From Candidatus Saccharimonadales bacterium (GTDB lineage Bacteria; Patescibacteriota; Saccharimonadia; Saccharimonadales; JBBQAJ01): a stretch of 64,000 nt of DNA. A program made the position numbers and the translations under genes. The notes under the pieces were generated by a model. The model saw nothing but the letters and a program-made list of their open reading frames with translations, ran no database searches and was not told the DNA's origin. The stretch covers positions 86,773 through 150,772 of the forward strand of contig JBBQAJ010000002.1 in NCBI GenBank assembly GCA_038316195.1, read 5' to 3'. This document shows, piece after piece, positions 55,510-63,710 of this stretch (the first letter of the stretch is position 1; each line of letters starts with the position of its first letter).

Positions 55510-57699
55510 TTATAATTTCATATTAGTTAAACGTGAATACTCATTCTCATCATTTGGTATTTCGTTTGTTATTACGATCGGAATCCTAAAACCAAATATT
55601 GAGCCTTTGCCTTGCGTGCTTGAAAAAATAAGTGTACCACCTTGATCTTCTACAACTCTCTTAACAAGATATAGCCCGATACCCGTACCACTAGGTCGAG
55701 TTTTGCGAGCATTTTCTGCACGAAAAAACTTGGTAAAAAGATTAGGTAATTCATTTTCAGGTATACCCATACCATTATCGGTTACTTTGAAAATAATATT
55801 ATTACCAGCAGTGTTTAGGCTGACGACGACTTTGCCATTTGGTGAGTAATTTATGGCATTATCTATTAAGTTTAAAATTGCTTGTTGCGTTTTTTGCTTG
55901 TCTAGTTTACATATCGGTATCAATTTTTTTACTGGCTCAAAATTTAGCTTTACACCTTGGGACTTAGCTTTAATTTCTAAATGTTCTAGCTCGTCTATTA
56001 CAAGCTCTTTTATATTTACGGCACTTGGGTTTATGTGAAACTGACCTACTTCCATGCGACTTACGTTAAGCAAGTCGGAAATAATTCCATTAGTAATGTG
56101 TAAGTGGTCTTGTGTTATACGTAAAGCACGTTCTTGATCTTTATTGAATTTGCCAAACATACCTTCCAAAATACTCGACATGAAGTTTTCGCTAATTGTT
56201 AAGGGGGTCCTAAGTTGATGCGATGCCATAGTTATGAACTCATCTTTAACATTATCAAGTTTTTGTAAGGATACATTAGCGTCCTTTAATTTTTGGGTTG
56301 CTTCACTAACTTTCCCTTTTAATGTTGTGTTAAATCTTTGAACTTCTACATATGACTTGGAATTTTGTATCGCAACAGCAAGTTGATTAGAGACTGTTTT
56401 TATGACATCAATATCTTTTTTGTTAAATATATCTCCACTGAGTTTGTGCCCAAATAGTAAATAACCTACGCGCTCTTCTTGTGTTTTCAGGAGAGCAAAA
56501 ACACGTATATTGTATTTGTTTAGTAATTCCTTTTTTCTACCTTCTGGTAGTTCATCTGTAACTATTATTGGGCTTCTAATATATTCTAAGTCTTGAGCAA
56601 GATCTTGTAATTGGCTGACAACATAATGTCCAGACTCGGTGAATACTTTGTTATTATTCAGCACGACAATGTTTACATTATCTACGTGTAAATATTTCGA
56701 TAGTGCTTGTCTGGATCTTTTACTTAAAGAAATTAATTCAATTTCAGAAGTCAAAATATGGCTAATCGCATTTAATAGGTCTTGTGGGTTGTAGCTGTTT
56801 CTGTAAAATATTTTGTCTGTATATTTTTCAAAAAATTTTCGCATTGGTTGAAAGGTAAATATTAAAACTAGTGCAGTAAAAACGCTAAAAGATTGTTGCT
56901 GAATGCCAATTGCTGAGTTGTTGAATATTATTCCACCTATCCAAAAGGTTACAATTGAGTATAAAGAACCCAAGGTGATTATTAGCAAAAAATATGCAAT
57001 AGATCGCGCAACGACTAATCGAATGTCAAACAATCGAAGCTTAACAATGGAGTATGAGAACCCCCCAACAATAATGATGGTGGAGAACAATCCCAAAATA
57101 ACAAATGAAACGTTTTTGAACACTAATGGCAACAATAAATTTGTAATTATCAGTAGTGTAATTGCTACAAATAAACTAATGGTCATTATTAATGTCCTGG
57201 CTCTAGCAATACCACGGAGATTGCGAATTGAATTCGTAAGAATCCAAATTTCAATTATCAATAATGAAACAATATATGCTAAGTACAGTACAGTTAGTTG
57301 ACCAAATCCCGTTTCCACAATGTTTTTGACTACTTTAACATCTGATAAAACAAATGGCGTGACGCTAATAAACGAAACAAAAATCGCAGAAATTCCACCA
57401 AACCATAGCAAAAAATTACGGATTTTTGATTTATAATTAGTAAACTGGATGCTAAAAACTAACAATGTGTATAATCCAATTGGTGGTATGAAAAAGGCTG
57501 CGCTTTTTAGCCAATATAATATATCTAAATCGTAGGTCGGGTTATTACTTAGAAAACTAATTACCATCCAAATAGCTAATAAAAATGCGAAAAAACTAAA
57601 AGTAATGTTTGCTTGATTGTGTCGATTTTTAAGAAGTACACTAAATCCTAGGGCTAAGTCCCAGAAAGCAATGAAAACAATTACAGCAAGTAAAAACAA
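55510..57699 (-). CDS. sensor histidine kinase (multi-TM N-terminal sensor, GAF-like, HisKA, HATPase)
   Basis: About 8 TM segments, H-box ASHQLRTPL, G-boxes DNGMGIP and GTGIGLYLVK. Confidence 0.85.
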   Translation of the reverse strand: MFLLAVIVFIAFWDLALGFSVLLKNRHNQANITFSFFAFLLAIWMVISFLSNNPTYDLDILYWLKSAAFFIPPIGLYTLLVFSIQFTNYKSKIRNFLLWFGGISAIFVSFISVTPFVLSDVKVVKNIVETGFGQLTVLYLAYIVSLLIIEIWILTNSIRNLRGIARARTLIMTISLFVAITLLIITNLLLPLVFKNVSFVILGLFSTIIIVGGFSYSIVKLRLFDIRLVVARSIAYFLLIITLGSLYSIVTFWIGGIIFNNSAIGIQQQSFSVFTALVLIFTFQPMRKFFEKYTDKIFYRNSYNPQDLLNAISHILTSEIELISLSKRSRQALSKYLHVDNVNIVVLNNNKVFTESGHYVVSQLQDLAQDLEYIRSPIIVTDELPEGRKKELLNKYNIRVFALLKTQEERVGYLLFGHKLSGDIFNKKDIDVIKTVSNQLAVAIQNSKSYVEVQRFNTTLKGKVSEATQKLKDANVSLQKLDNVKDEFITMASHQLRTPLTISENFMSSILEGMFGKFNKDQERALRITQDHLHITNGIISDLLNVSRMEVGQFHINPSAVNIKELVIDELEHLEIKAKSQGVKLNFEPVKKLIPICKLDKQKTQQAILNLIDNAINYSPNGKVVVSLNTAGNNIIFKVTDNGMGIPENELPNLFTKFFRAENARKTRPSGTGIGLYLVKRVVEDQGGTLIFSSTQGKGSIFGFRIPIVITNEIPNDENEYSRLTNMKL

Positions 57700-57868
57700 T
57701 ATCTAAGTTCCTTTTGTATAACTATATCATAATGGTAATGATTACACGCCGTTAACTGGCAAAATATGATTGATCAATTTGAATTAAAAGCTAACCCAAT
57801 TCACGCCAACATATGCATCGCAAAAAACTATTGTTAAAATATGATGATAGAGACGTGGGACGTACATC

Positions 57869-58117
57869 CTAAAGATTAAGTACTTTTTTGAATTTTTCCT
57901 GGTCAAATCCTAGAATTTTAGTTTCATTTCCCTTGGCATCTTTCAATACCGTAAAAGGTACTCCCAATGCACCATCATTGACACTCATAAACTCAGCCAT
58001 TGCTTCGTCGTCTTCATCAGTCATTTTCTTTATGTAGGGAATTTTTTGTTTATCCAGCCAGGCAGTCAATACATTACAAAAACTACATGTTGTCGTTGAG
58101 TAAATAGTTATATCCAT
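57869..58117 (-). CDS. glutaredoxin-like (NrdH/YruB-type) small redox protein
   Basis: ITIYSTTTCSFC (CxxC) and GVPF; 82 aa. Confidence 0.75.
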   Translation of the reverse strand: MDITIYSTTTCSFCNVLTAWLDKQKIPYIKKMTDEDDEAMAEFMSVNDGALGVPFTVLKDAKGNETKILGFDQEKFKKVLNL

Positions 58118-58132
58118 TTTTTCTCCTTTTGT

Positions 58133-59857
58133 TTAGCTGCCAAATGTGAAGGCATTAACTGTAGTGCCCTTTGGCAATGTTATTTCTAGTAGCCCATCTT
58201 TAATAAATTCTTTTGCATTAATGATTTTGTATAATCTAGCAGCCGATGGATAAACTTTACCATCTGCATTAACGTCAGTGCCACCTTGGTTGCTACTTGT
58301 TACCGGCTGACCATTTAGTGCTACTGTCGCAGTACCATCGCTACCACTCATAACAAGATACACTTCTTTAGCTGAGAATTTAAAACGTAAGATTGATTTA
58401 TCCTTAAGGCTAATTGACTCGCCAGAAGATACGTTCCAGTCACCTTCAAATGACCATTGGTTACTCATGAGATTTGCGACCGGTTTATATGTTGCGTCAA
58501 TGTCCTTTTGAAAGCCACCAGAATTTGCAAATCGTTCAGCTCTTTCGTAACCAAGGTATGTTTCGGGCGATTGGTCTTTTCGAAATTGGGATTTCTGGTC
58601 GGCACTTTTAACCTTATTATCGATATTGGCACCATTTTCCTTGAGCAACGTCTGGATGACGTCTTCAGTTTCACCATAGTTTCCTTCTCCGAAATGTGTA
58701 TATCGTACTTGGCCGTTTTTGTCGATAATATACTTGGCTGGCCAAAATTGATTTTCATATGCTTTCCAGGTAGAAAAATTGTTGTCTAGAGCTACTGGGT
58801 ATCCAATCTTTGCAGTCTTTACGGCAGCTTGAACATTTGCTGGTATTTTTTCAAAAGCAAACTCGGGCGCATGGACTCCAATTATTACTAACCCATCATC
58901 TTTATACTTATCATGCCAAGCATTGAGGTATGGTTGAGTTCTTATGCAGTTTATACATGAATACGTCCAAAAGTCTATTAGTACGACCTTGCCTTTTAAG
59001 CTGGAAATTGTTTGTGGATCACTGTTAATCCAGCTAGCGATATCTCGTAGCTCCGGGGCATCATATGGGGTGACATTAAATTTTGCTTTTGCGCTAACAT
59101 TGTTGTTCCGGGTATTGGTGTCTTTGCTTGGTATCAATTTTTCCTCAAGCTTTGTGCTATTTAATGGTGAGTTTGTTAGTATCCAAGTTTGAAGTGTTTT
59201 ATCGAAACCAGAAATAACTGCCAACCCAACTAATATTAGTAGGATGGCTAAAGAACGCCGAAACCAGCCATTAGGCTTTGCGCTCCAGTTCATTCTTTTT
59301 GTTAATTTACGTCCTGCTATGGCAATTGCTAATAAGGCTAATGTTAGGCCAGTTGCATAGAGAGTCATATATAAGAGTCCAAGTGCAAAATTTGCTGGCA
59401 GTACTGTTGCTAAAATGAGGACGTAGACAGGACTGCAGGCCGAAAATACTGGTCCTAGCGCAGCACCGGTGAGTATATAGCCGCCAATGCCAGATTTCTT
59501 TGAAGCTTTTGCTAAAAATGAATTTGAATTATTTTCTAGACCAACCTTGGCACTAATTCGAGCCCACATCAAAGGAAACAGCAGACTTAAACCAAGTAAA
59601 ATAACTATACCTCCTGATATCGACTTCCAGACTTGTGGGTCGATAGCAATTAATGCTGTGCTGGCTTTTAATAAGAGCGTAAACAATAGGACCGATATAC
59701 CTAAACTGATAGCAATTATGTAGGGTTTTTTCTTATCAATCTCTTTATTTTCATCGGTAGCAAGTGAGCTACCAACAATTACTGGCAGTAGAATTAAAAC
59801 ACAAGGCGCGAAGACCGTTAGTATGCCAGCCAGGAATGATGTTATTAGTAATAGCAT
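58133..59857 (-). CDS. DipZ-like fusion: CcdA/DsbD-type membrane electron transporter, thioredoxin-like domain and C-terminal beta domain
   Basis: TM Cys motifs VFAPCVL and FSACSPV; extracytoplasmic FWTYSCINCIR (CxxC); about 170-aa C-terminal extension. Confidence 0.8.
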   Translation of the reverse strand: MLLLITSFLAGILTVFAPCVLILLPVIVGSSLATDENKEIDKKKPYIIAISLGISVLLFTLLLKASTALIAIDPQVWKSISGGIVILLGLSLLFPLMWARISAKVGLENNSNSFLAKASKKSGIGGYILTGAALGPVFSACSPVYVLILATVLPANFALGLLYMTLYATGLTLALLAIAIAGRKLTKRMNWSAKPNGWFRRSLAILLILVGLAVISGFDKTLQTWILTNSPLNSTKLEEKLIPSKDTNTRNNNVSAKAKFNVTPYDAPELRDIASWINSDPQTISSLKGKVVLIDFWTYSCINCIRTQPYLNAWHDKYKDDGLVIIGVHAPEFAFEKIPANVQAAVKTAKIGYPVALDNNFSTWKAYENQFWPAKYIIDKNGQVRYTHFGEGNYGETEDVIQTLLKENGANIDNKVKSADQKSQFRKDQSPETYLGYERAERFANSGGFQKDIDATYKPVANLMSNQWSFEGDWNVSSGESISLKDKSILRFKFSAKEVYLVMSGSDGTATVALNGQPVTSSNQGGTDVNADGKVYPSAARLYKIINAKEFIKDGLLEITLPKGTTVNAFTFGS

Positions 59858-59882
59858 TTTTTTTGTTTACCCTCCACGTTTG

Positions 59883-60407
59883 TTATGTACGTTTTACAAT
59901 TTCTGAGTTTAGTTGATCGTAGGTTGTTGAACCACTCCATTTTTTGAGAAGTTTGCCGTTTTTATCTACTTGTACAAACGTATGTTGGTAAGTCACGCCA
60001 TACATTTTCTTTAAATCAGTCGATTTATCATAGTCAATCTTAAGCAGTGTAAGTCCGTCCGGAGTGCTTTTTGCAGTAAAGTTCTTGTTTGCTTCTTGAC
60101 ATGTAGGACACCAGGCTGCGCTAAAGAACAAAACCACGTCACCTTTATCGGCATTTACTAGTTTAGCTGTGTCGTAATCATTAAATATACCTTTAGCCAT
60201 AACGGCGTCACCACTGTTTTGAGAATTTGTTTCGTTTATTTTCACGGAAACATCATCTTTTGCTAACTTTCCCTTCCCTGTGACTGATTCTTGTTGCGCT
60301 ATTTCGGCATTCTTTTTAACTTTGCTGTTTCGAGCATTTGCATACCCAGTGCCTCCACCAATAAGGAGGACTGCTACGATTATTAAAAGTAGTGATTTCC
60401 TGTTCAT
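59883..60407 (-). CDS. membrane-anchored thioredoxin-like protein
   Basis: Signal anchor, then VVLFFSAAWCPTCQ (WCxxC). Confidence 0.75.
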   Translation of the reverse strand: MNRKSLLLIIVAVLLIGGGTGYANARNSKVKKNAEIAQQESVTGKGKLAKDDVSVKINETNSQNSGDAVMAKGIFNDYDTAKLVNADKGDVVLFFSAAWCPTCQEANKNFTAKSTPDGLTLLKIDYDKSTDLKKMYGVTYQHTFVQVDKNGKLLKKWSGSTTYDQLNSEIVKRT

Positions 60408-60451
60408 GATTAGTTATTTCTCATTAATTTAAAAAAAGTATCGGGTCTTTC

Positions 60452-60736
60452 CTATTGTGTAGGGGGTGTTGTAGTTTCTTTTTTCATTGCATCATCTTTT
60501 ACCATAGCGTCATCTTTCTTCATAGCATCGGCTTCTTTTTGTTTGGCCGTTGCCTCTTCTTCCATTTTCATTGTTTCGTCTTGCTTCATTTTTGCATCAT
60601 CAGCTTCTTTTTTCATCATTGCTGAGTGTTCAGCTACTTTTTTGTCGTTATTGCTCTTAACTGATGCGTAAGTAACACCACCTCCAACAACGATGACTGA
60701 TACAACTATTGCTACTATTAGTGAATTTTTATTCAT
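60452..60736 (-). CDS. membrane-anchored Met/Lys/Asp-rich repeat protein (resembles the 'MXKDX pentapeptide repeat' class)
   Basis: Signal anchor, then AMMKKEADDAKMKQDETMKMEEE...EADAMKKDDAMVKDDAMKKE. Confidence 0.55.
   Translation of the reverse strand: MNKNSLIVAIVVSVIVVGGGVTYASVKSNNDKKVAEHSAMMKKEADDAKMKQDETMKMEEEATAKQKEADAMKKDDAMVKDDAMKKETTTPPTQ
60479..60628 (-). repeat. coding tandem repeats of D-D-A-M-x-K type
   Basis: Repeating DNA unit CAT(A/T)GC(A/G)TCATCTTT seen on the plus strand at about 60480-60540, with degenerate copies upstream. Confidence 0.5.
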
Positions 60737-60814
60737 TCTTTTTACCCTCGCTTAATTTGATATGTATAAAGTTTAAGGTTTGAAGTATGCAATGTCAAGT
60801 TGACTTTACGAATA

Positions 60815-61180
60815 TTAAGAATCATCTCTGTCACGCTGTATGATAATTTTTGTCGCGATCATGGCTAGTAGGGCAATTGGTATTGCTGGATCAAGTTTGT
60901 GATGGAGGCTTTCAGCTAATGTTGCAATAATTAGTATAATCACACCAACTATATATGCCGAACGACTTGCAAGTGCTTGATTGTAGGATTCTCGTTCATC
61001 TGTTGGTTGCTCACGCCAAAGTAAAGCCAAAAAGCCGGAGAGTAGTCCTAACACAACTGCAAGGAAAAGCATCTGTACCTGAGATGGCATTACAAATGTT
61101 TTGGGCGCAATTGCAAGAATTGCCATTACTGTTAGGCTGACTAATAGAATAATATCTAGTAATGATTTATATTTTTTCAT
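60815..61180 (-). CDS. small 3-4 TM membrane protein, partner of the upstream XRE regulator
   Basis: Hydrophobic segments throughout. Its start overlaps the HTH gene by 14 nt. Confidence 0.5.
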   Translation of the reverse strand: MKKYKSLLDIILLVSLTVMAILAIAPKTFVMPSQVQMLFLAVVLGLLSGFLALLWREQPTDERESYNQALASRSAYIVGVIILIIATLAESLHHKLDPAIPIALLAMIATKIIIQRDRDDS

Positions 61181-61397
61181 AAGCGAAAATTTCCTCTACT
61201 TTTTTGTTTAGTACAGTGGATATACGAAGTGCAAGAAGCACGCTAGGTACGTAGTTACCTTTTTCAATAGCAATTATAGTTTGACGTGTTGCGTTTACGG
61301 AATCAGCAAGTTCATCTTGGGTTATCTTTAATTCAGTGCGCACTTTTCGCACTGAATTTATAACGGTGTGTTCTTTGTCTCTTATAAACATATACAA
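61167..61397 (-). CDS. XRE-family helix-turn-helix transcriptional regulator
   Basis: LKITQDELADSVNATRQTIIAIEKGNYVPSVLLALRI is a classic Cro/C1-type HTH; 76 aa. Confidence 0.8.
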   Translation of the reverse strand: MYMFIRDKEHTVINSVRKVRTELKITQDELADSVNATRQTIIAIEKGNYVPSVLLALRISTVLNKKVEEIFAYEKI

Positions 61398-61456
61398 GTC
61401 AAGTTAACTATACATACTATAGCATATGATTAGTTAGGGATTCTCAATTATTTTAA

Positions 61457-62440
61457 CTAAGTTAGTGATTTATATTCACCAGCGTCAAGCCAACGATATG
61501 GACACTTTATGCAACTATCTATTATAGTCGTCCCACCATCATATTTAACTTTGTTCATTATATTCCCACAGGATGGGCATTTAATCGTATTTTCAATTCT
61601 TTTATATGGAATGCCATTATATGGGATTGTTAACTTGCCATTTTTGAGGTTAGCTAAACTTTTGCCTGAAATTAATGTTCCATGGCCATTTGGGCAAGAA
61701 AAATACTTAGAATTGTTTTGTAAAATTGAATTACAAAAAGGACAAAGCAAGTCATTTCGTCTATCTTCTCCGTACGGTGTTGAAATAGATTTTTGTAGAT
61801 CAGTAAGTGGTTTTTCTACGGCAGGTCGAATTTCTTTAACAAAAGTTAGTATATCATCTAATAAATATGTCGGATCGTTCGGATCATGCATACCGTTAGA
61901 TTTGACAAAGTACAAATCATTGTCAACAAGCTCCCAATTTTGAGATTGGCAAAAGTCTAAAGTAAATATCATCGCTTCTGGATCCAAAACGTATCTCGCA
62001 GATTCTTGCATATTATGTTCACAAAATAAATCGAAGAATTGGCTATAGTTACCTTCCAAATCTATTCTTTCCATGACACTATTGCCTTTTGTTGGATCAA
62101 GACGTATTGCACCAGTTTTTTTTGGAATCCCCAATAAATGAATTGATGAATAAAATGGTAATTCGACTCTAAATATAAGTGCACTAGTGCCGGAAGAATC
62201 CATATATATTGGTAAAGTGACAAACGCCGAGTAGTTCAAATCACCGAACTTACCTTTTTTGGCCGGAATTAGTAAAGTTCCTTCGGTATAATATGTTAGT
62301 AAAATCGGGCTATTTGTTACGTTAATCTGTCTATTTTTTCGTTTGTATCTAAAATAGAATATTGAAACAGTAAGCCATATAAAAACAATAATTGGAAATA
62401 TCTGATCTAAATTTATTTTCGTAGAGCCTGTTATCATCAA
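61457..62440 (-). CDS. membrane-anchored protein with two C-terminal zinc ribbons
   Basis: N-terminal TM, then CPFCNS...FSCPNGHG and CPSCGN...CIKCPYRWLDAGE. The second resembles the C-x2-C...C-x-C-x-G-x-W-x-D zinc-ribbon (zf-TFIIB-like) family. Confidence 0.5.
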   Translation of the reverse strand: MMITGSTKINLDQIFPIIVFIWLTVSIFYFRYKRKNRQINVTNSPILLTYYTEGTLLIPAKKGKFGDLNYSAFVTLPIYMDSSGTSALIFRVELPFYSSIHLLGIPKKTGAIRLDPTKGNSVMERIDLEGNYSQFFDLFCEHNMQESARYVLDPEAMIFTLDFCQSQNWELVDNDLYFVKSNGMHDPNDPTYLLDDILTFVKEIRPAVEKPLTDLQKSISTPYGEDRRNDLLCPFCNSILQNNSKYFSCPNGHGTLISGKSLANLKNGKLTIPYNGIPYKRIENTIKCPSCGNIMNKVKYDGGTTIIDSCIKCPYRWLDAGEYKSLT

Positions 62441-62465
62441 TCTATATTATACAGTTGAAGTAATG

Positions 62466-63632
62466 TTATAAGTAGGACCTGTATAGTCTGTTTTTTCTTC
62501 GGAAAATATACACTGATACAAACACTATTGCTATGCTTAGCAAACTAACTGCCCACGAGCTAGAACCAGTCTCGGCAAGCAATGATGGTGTTTGTATGTT
62601 AATGCTTACAGTTGCTGAGGCAGTTCGTCCAAATCCGTCGGTGACTGTATATGTAAATGAGTCATTACCGTAGTAGCCACTATTAGGAGTATACGTAAAT
62701 GATCCGTTGGTATTGATACCAAGAACACCGTGAGACGGGTTTGTATGGCTTGTTACGGTCAAGCTATTGCCTGTGTCATTACTTAAGGGCGTGTTCGATG
62801 TTACGTTGATGGGAGTGTTGTATGTGGATGTATAGCTGTCATTTGTTGCAATTGGGGGGTCGAAGGTACTTTGAGCAGTAGGACAACTCGCTCCGTCATT
62901 TGCAATTGCAACTTGCGCAGTGAGTTTTAATGTGCCAGTTGGGGAAGCAGTTGTGTAGTCATTTATTTGCCAAATTTCACCTGTTACGTTCAGTCCAAAA
63001 TATAACGCATTGGTTTGATCTGTCCACCCTGCTCCATAAGCTGCCGATACTGGTAAACCCGGTACTGTTATTGTTGAAGATGTATTATTTGACAGATCAA
63101 CAATGTAAAGTGTCTGGTTAGCCAGAGAATAGAGCTTATTATTTATAAACACCAAATCTGCTCCACCTATTGGTGGTCCAGTTAGTACGACAGGAGTTAT
63201 TGTCATTGCGCTAACATCAATCTTGTATATTGTATTTCCGCCATTTGAAACATAGAGATTACCCAGATTGTCAAAATCTCCAGCCAAATAATTATTGGCA
63301 GCTACACCAACTGGAATCCCCAAATCTACAGTCGAGCCGTCATTTCCTATCCTGAGAACGTGACCGATGTTTGATATTCTGGTTACTCCATAAATATAGT
63401 TATCTTCAATGTTATATCCCATTGAATTGTAATCTGGAGCCGGTGGACCAATATCTGAATATACACCTGTTATTGGGTTAAGTATTTTCAGCTGGTTGTT
63501 AATTATTTGATAGAAAGCAGGTGTACAAGTAAACGGATCGTTCGCAGCATGTGCAATATTTGGATTTACATAATTAACCCCAATTATGGCGAAAAACATA
63601 ACCAGACTTATTATTAATTTTATTTGTTTCAA
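62466..63632 (-). CDS. sortase-anchored surface protein (beta-propeller-like N-domain, cadherin/Ig-like domain, LAETG sorting signal)
   Basis: Signal peptide ending AHA. PIATNDSYTSTYNTPINV...SFTYTVTDGFGRTASATVSINI is a bacterial cadherin-like repeat. C-terminus is LAETG, a hydrophobic stretch, then RRKNR. Confidence 0.75.
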   Translation of the reverse strand: MKQIKLIISLVMFFAIIGVNYVNPNIAHAANDPFTCTPAFYQIINNQLKILNPITGVYSDIGPPAPDYNSMGYNIEDNYIYGVTRISNIGHVLRIGNDGSTVDLGIPVGVAANNYLAGDFDNLGNLYVSNGGNTIYKIDVSAMTITPVVLTGPPIGGADLVFINNKLYSLANQTLYIVDLSNNTSSTITVPGLPVSAAYGAGWTDQTNALYFGLNVTGEIWQINDYTTASPTGTLKLTAQVAIANDGASCPTAQSTFDPPIATNDSYTSTYNTPINVTSNTPLSNDTGNSLTVTSHTNPSHGVLGINTNGSFTYTPNSGYYGNDSFTYTVTDGFGRTASATVSINIQTPSLLAETGSSSWAVSLLSIAIVFVSVYIFRRKNRLYRSYL

Positions 63633-63710
63633 ATCCCGACCTTTTAACTGTACAAATACTACACGCTAAAGCTTAAAAAGTACAACATTTTTTACATCCG
63701 AGTTAACCGT

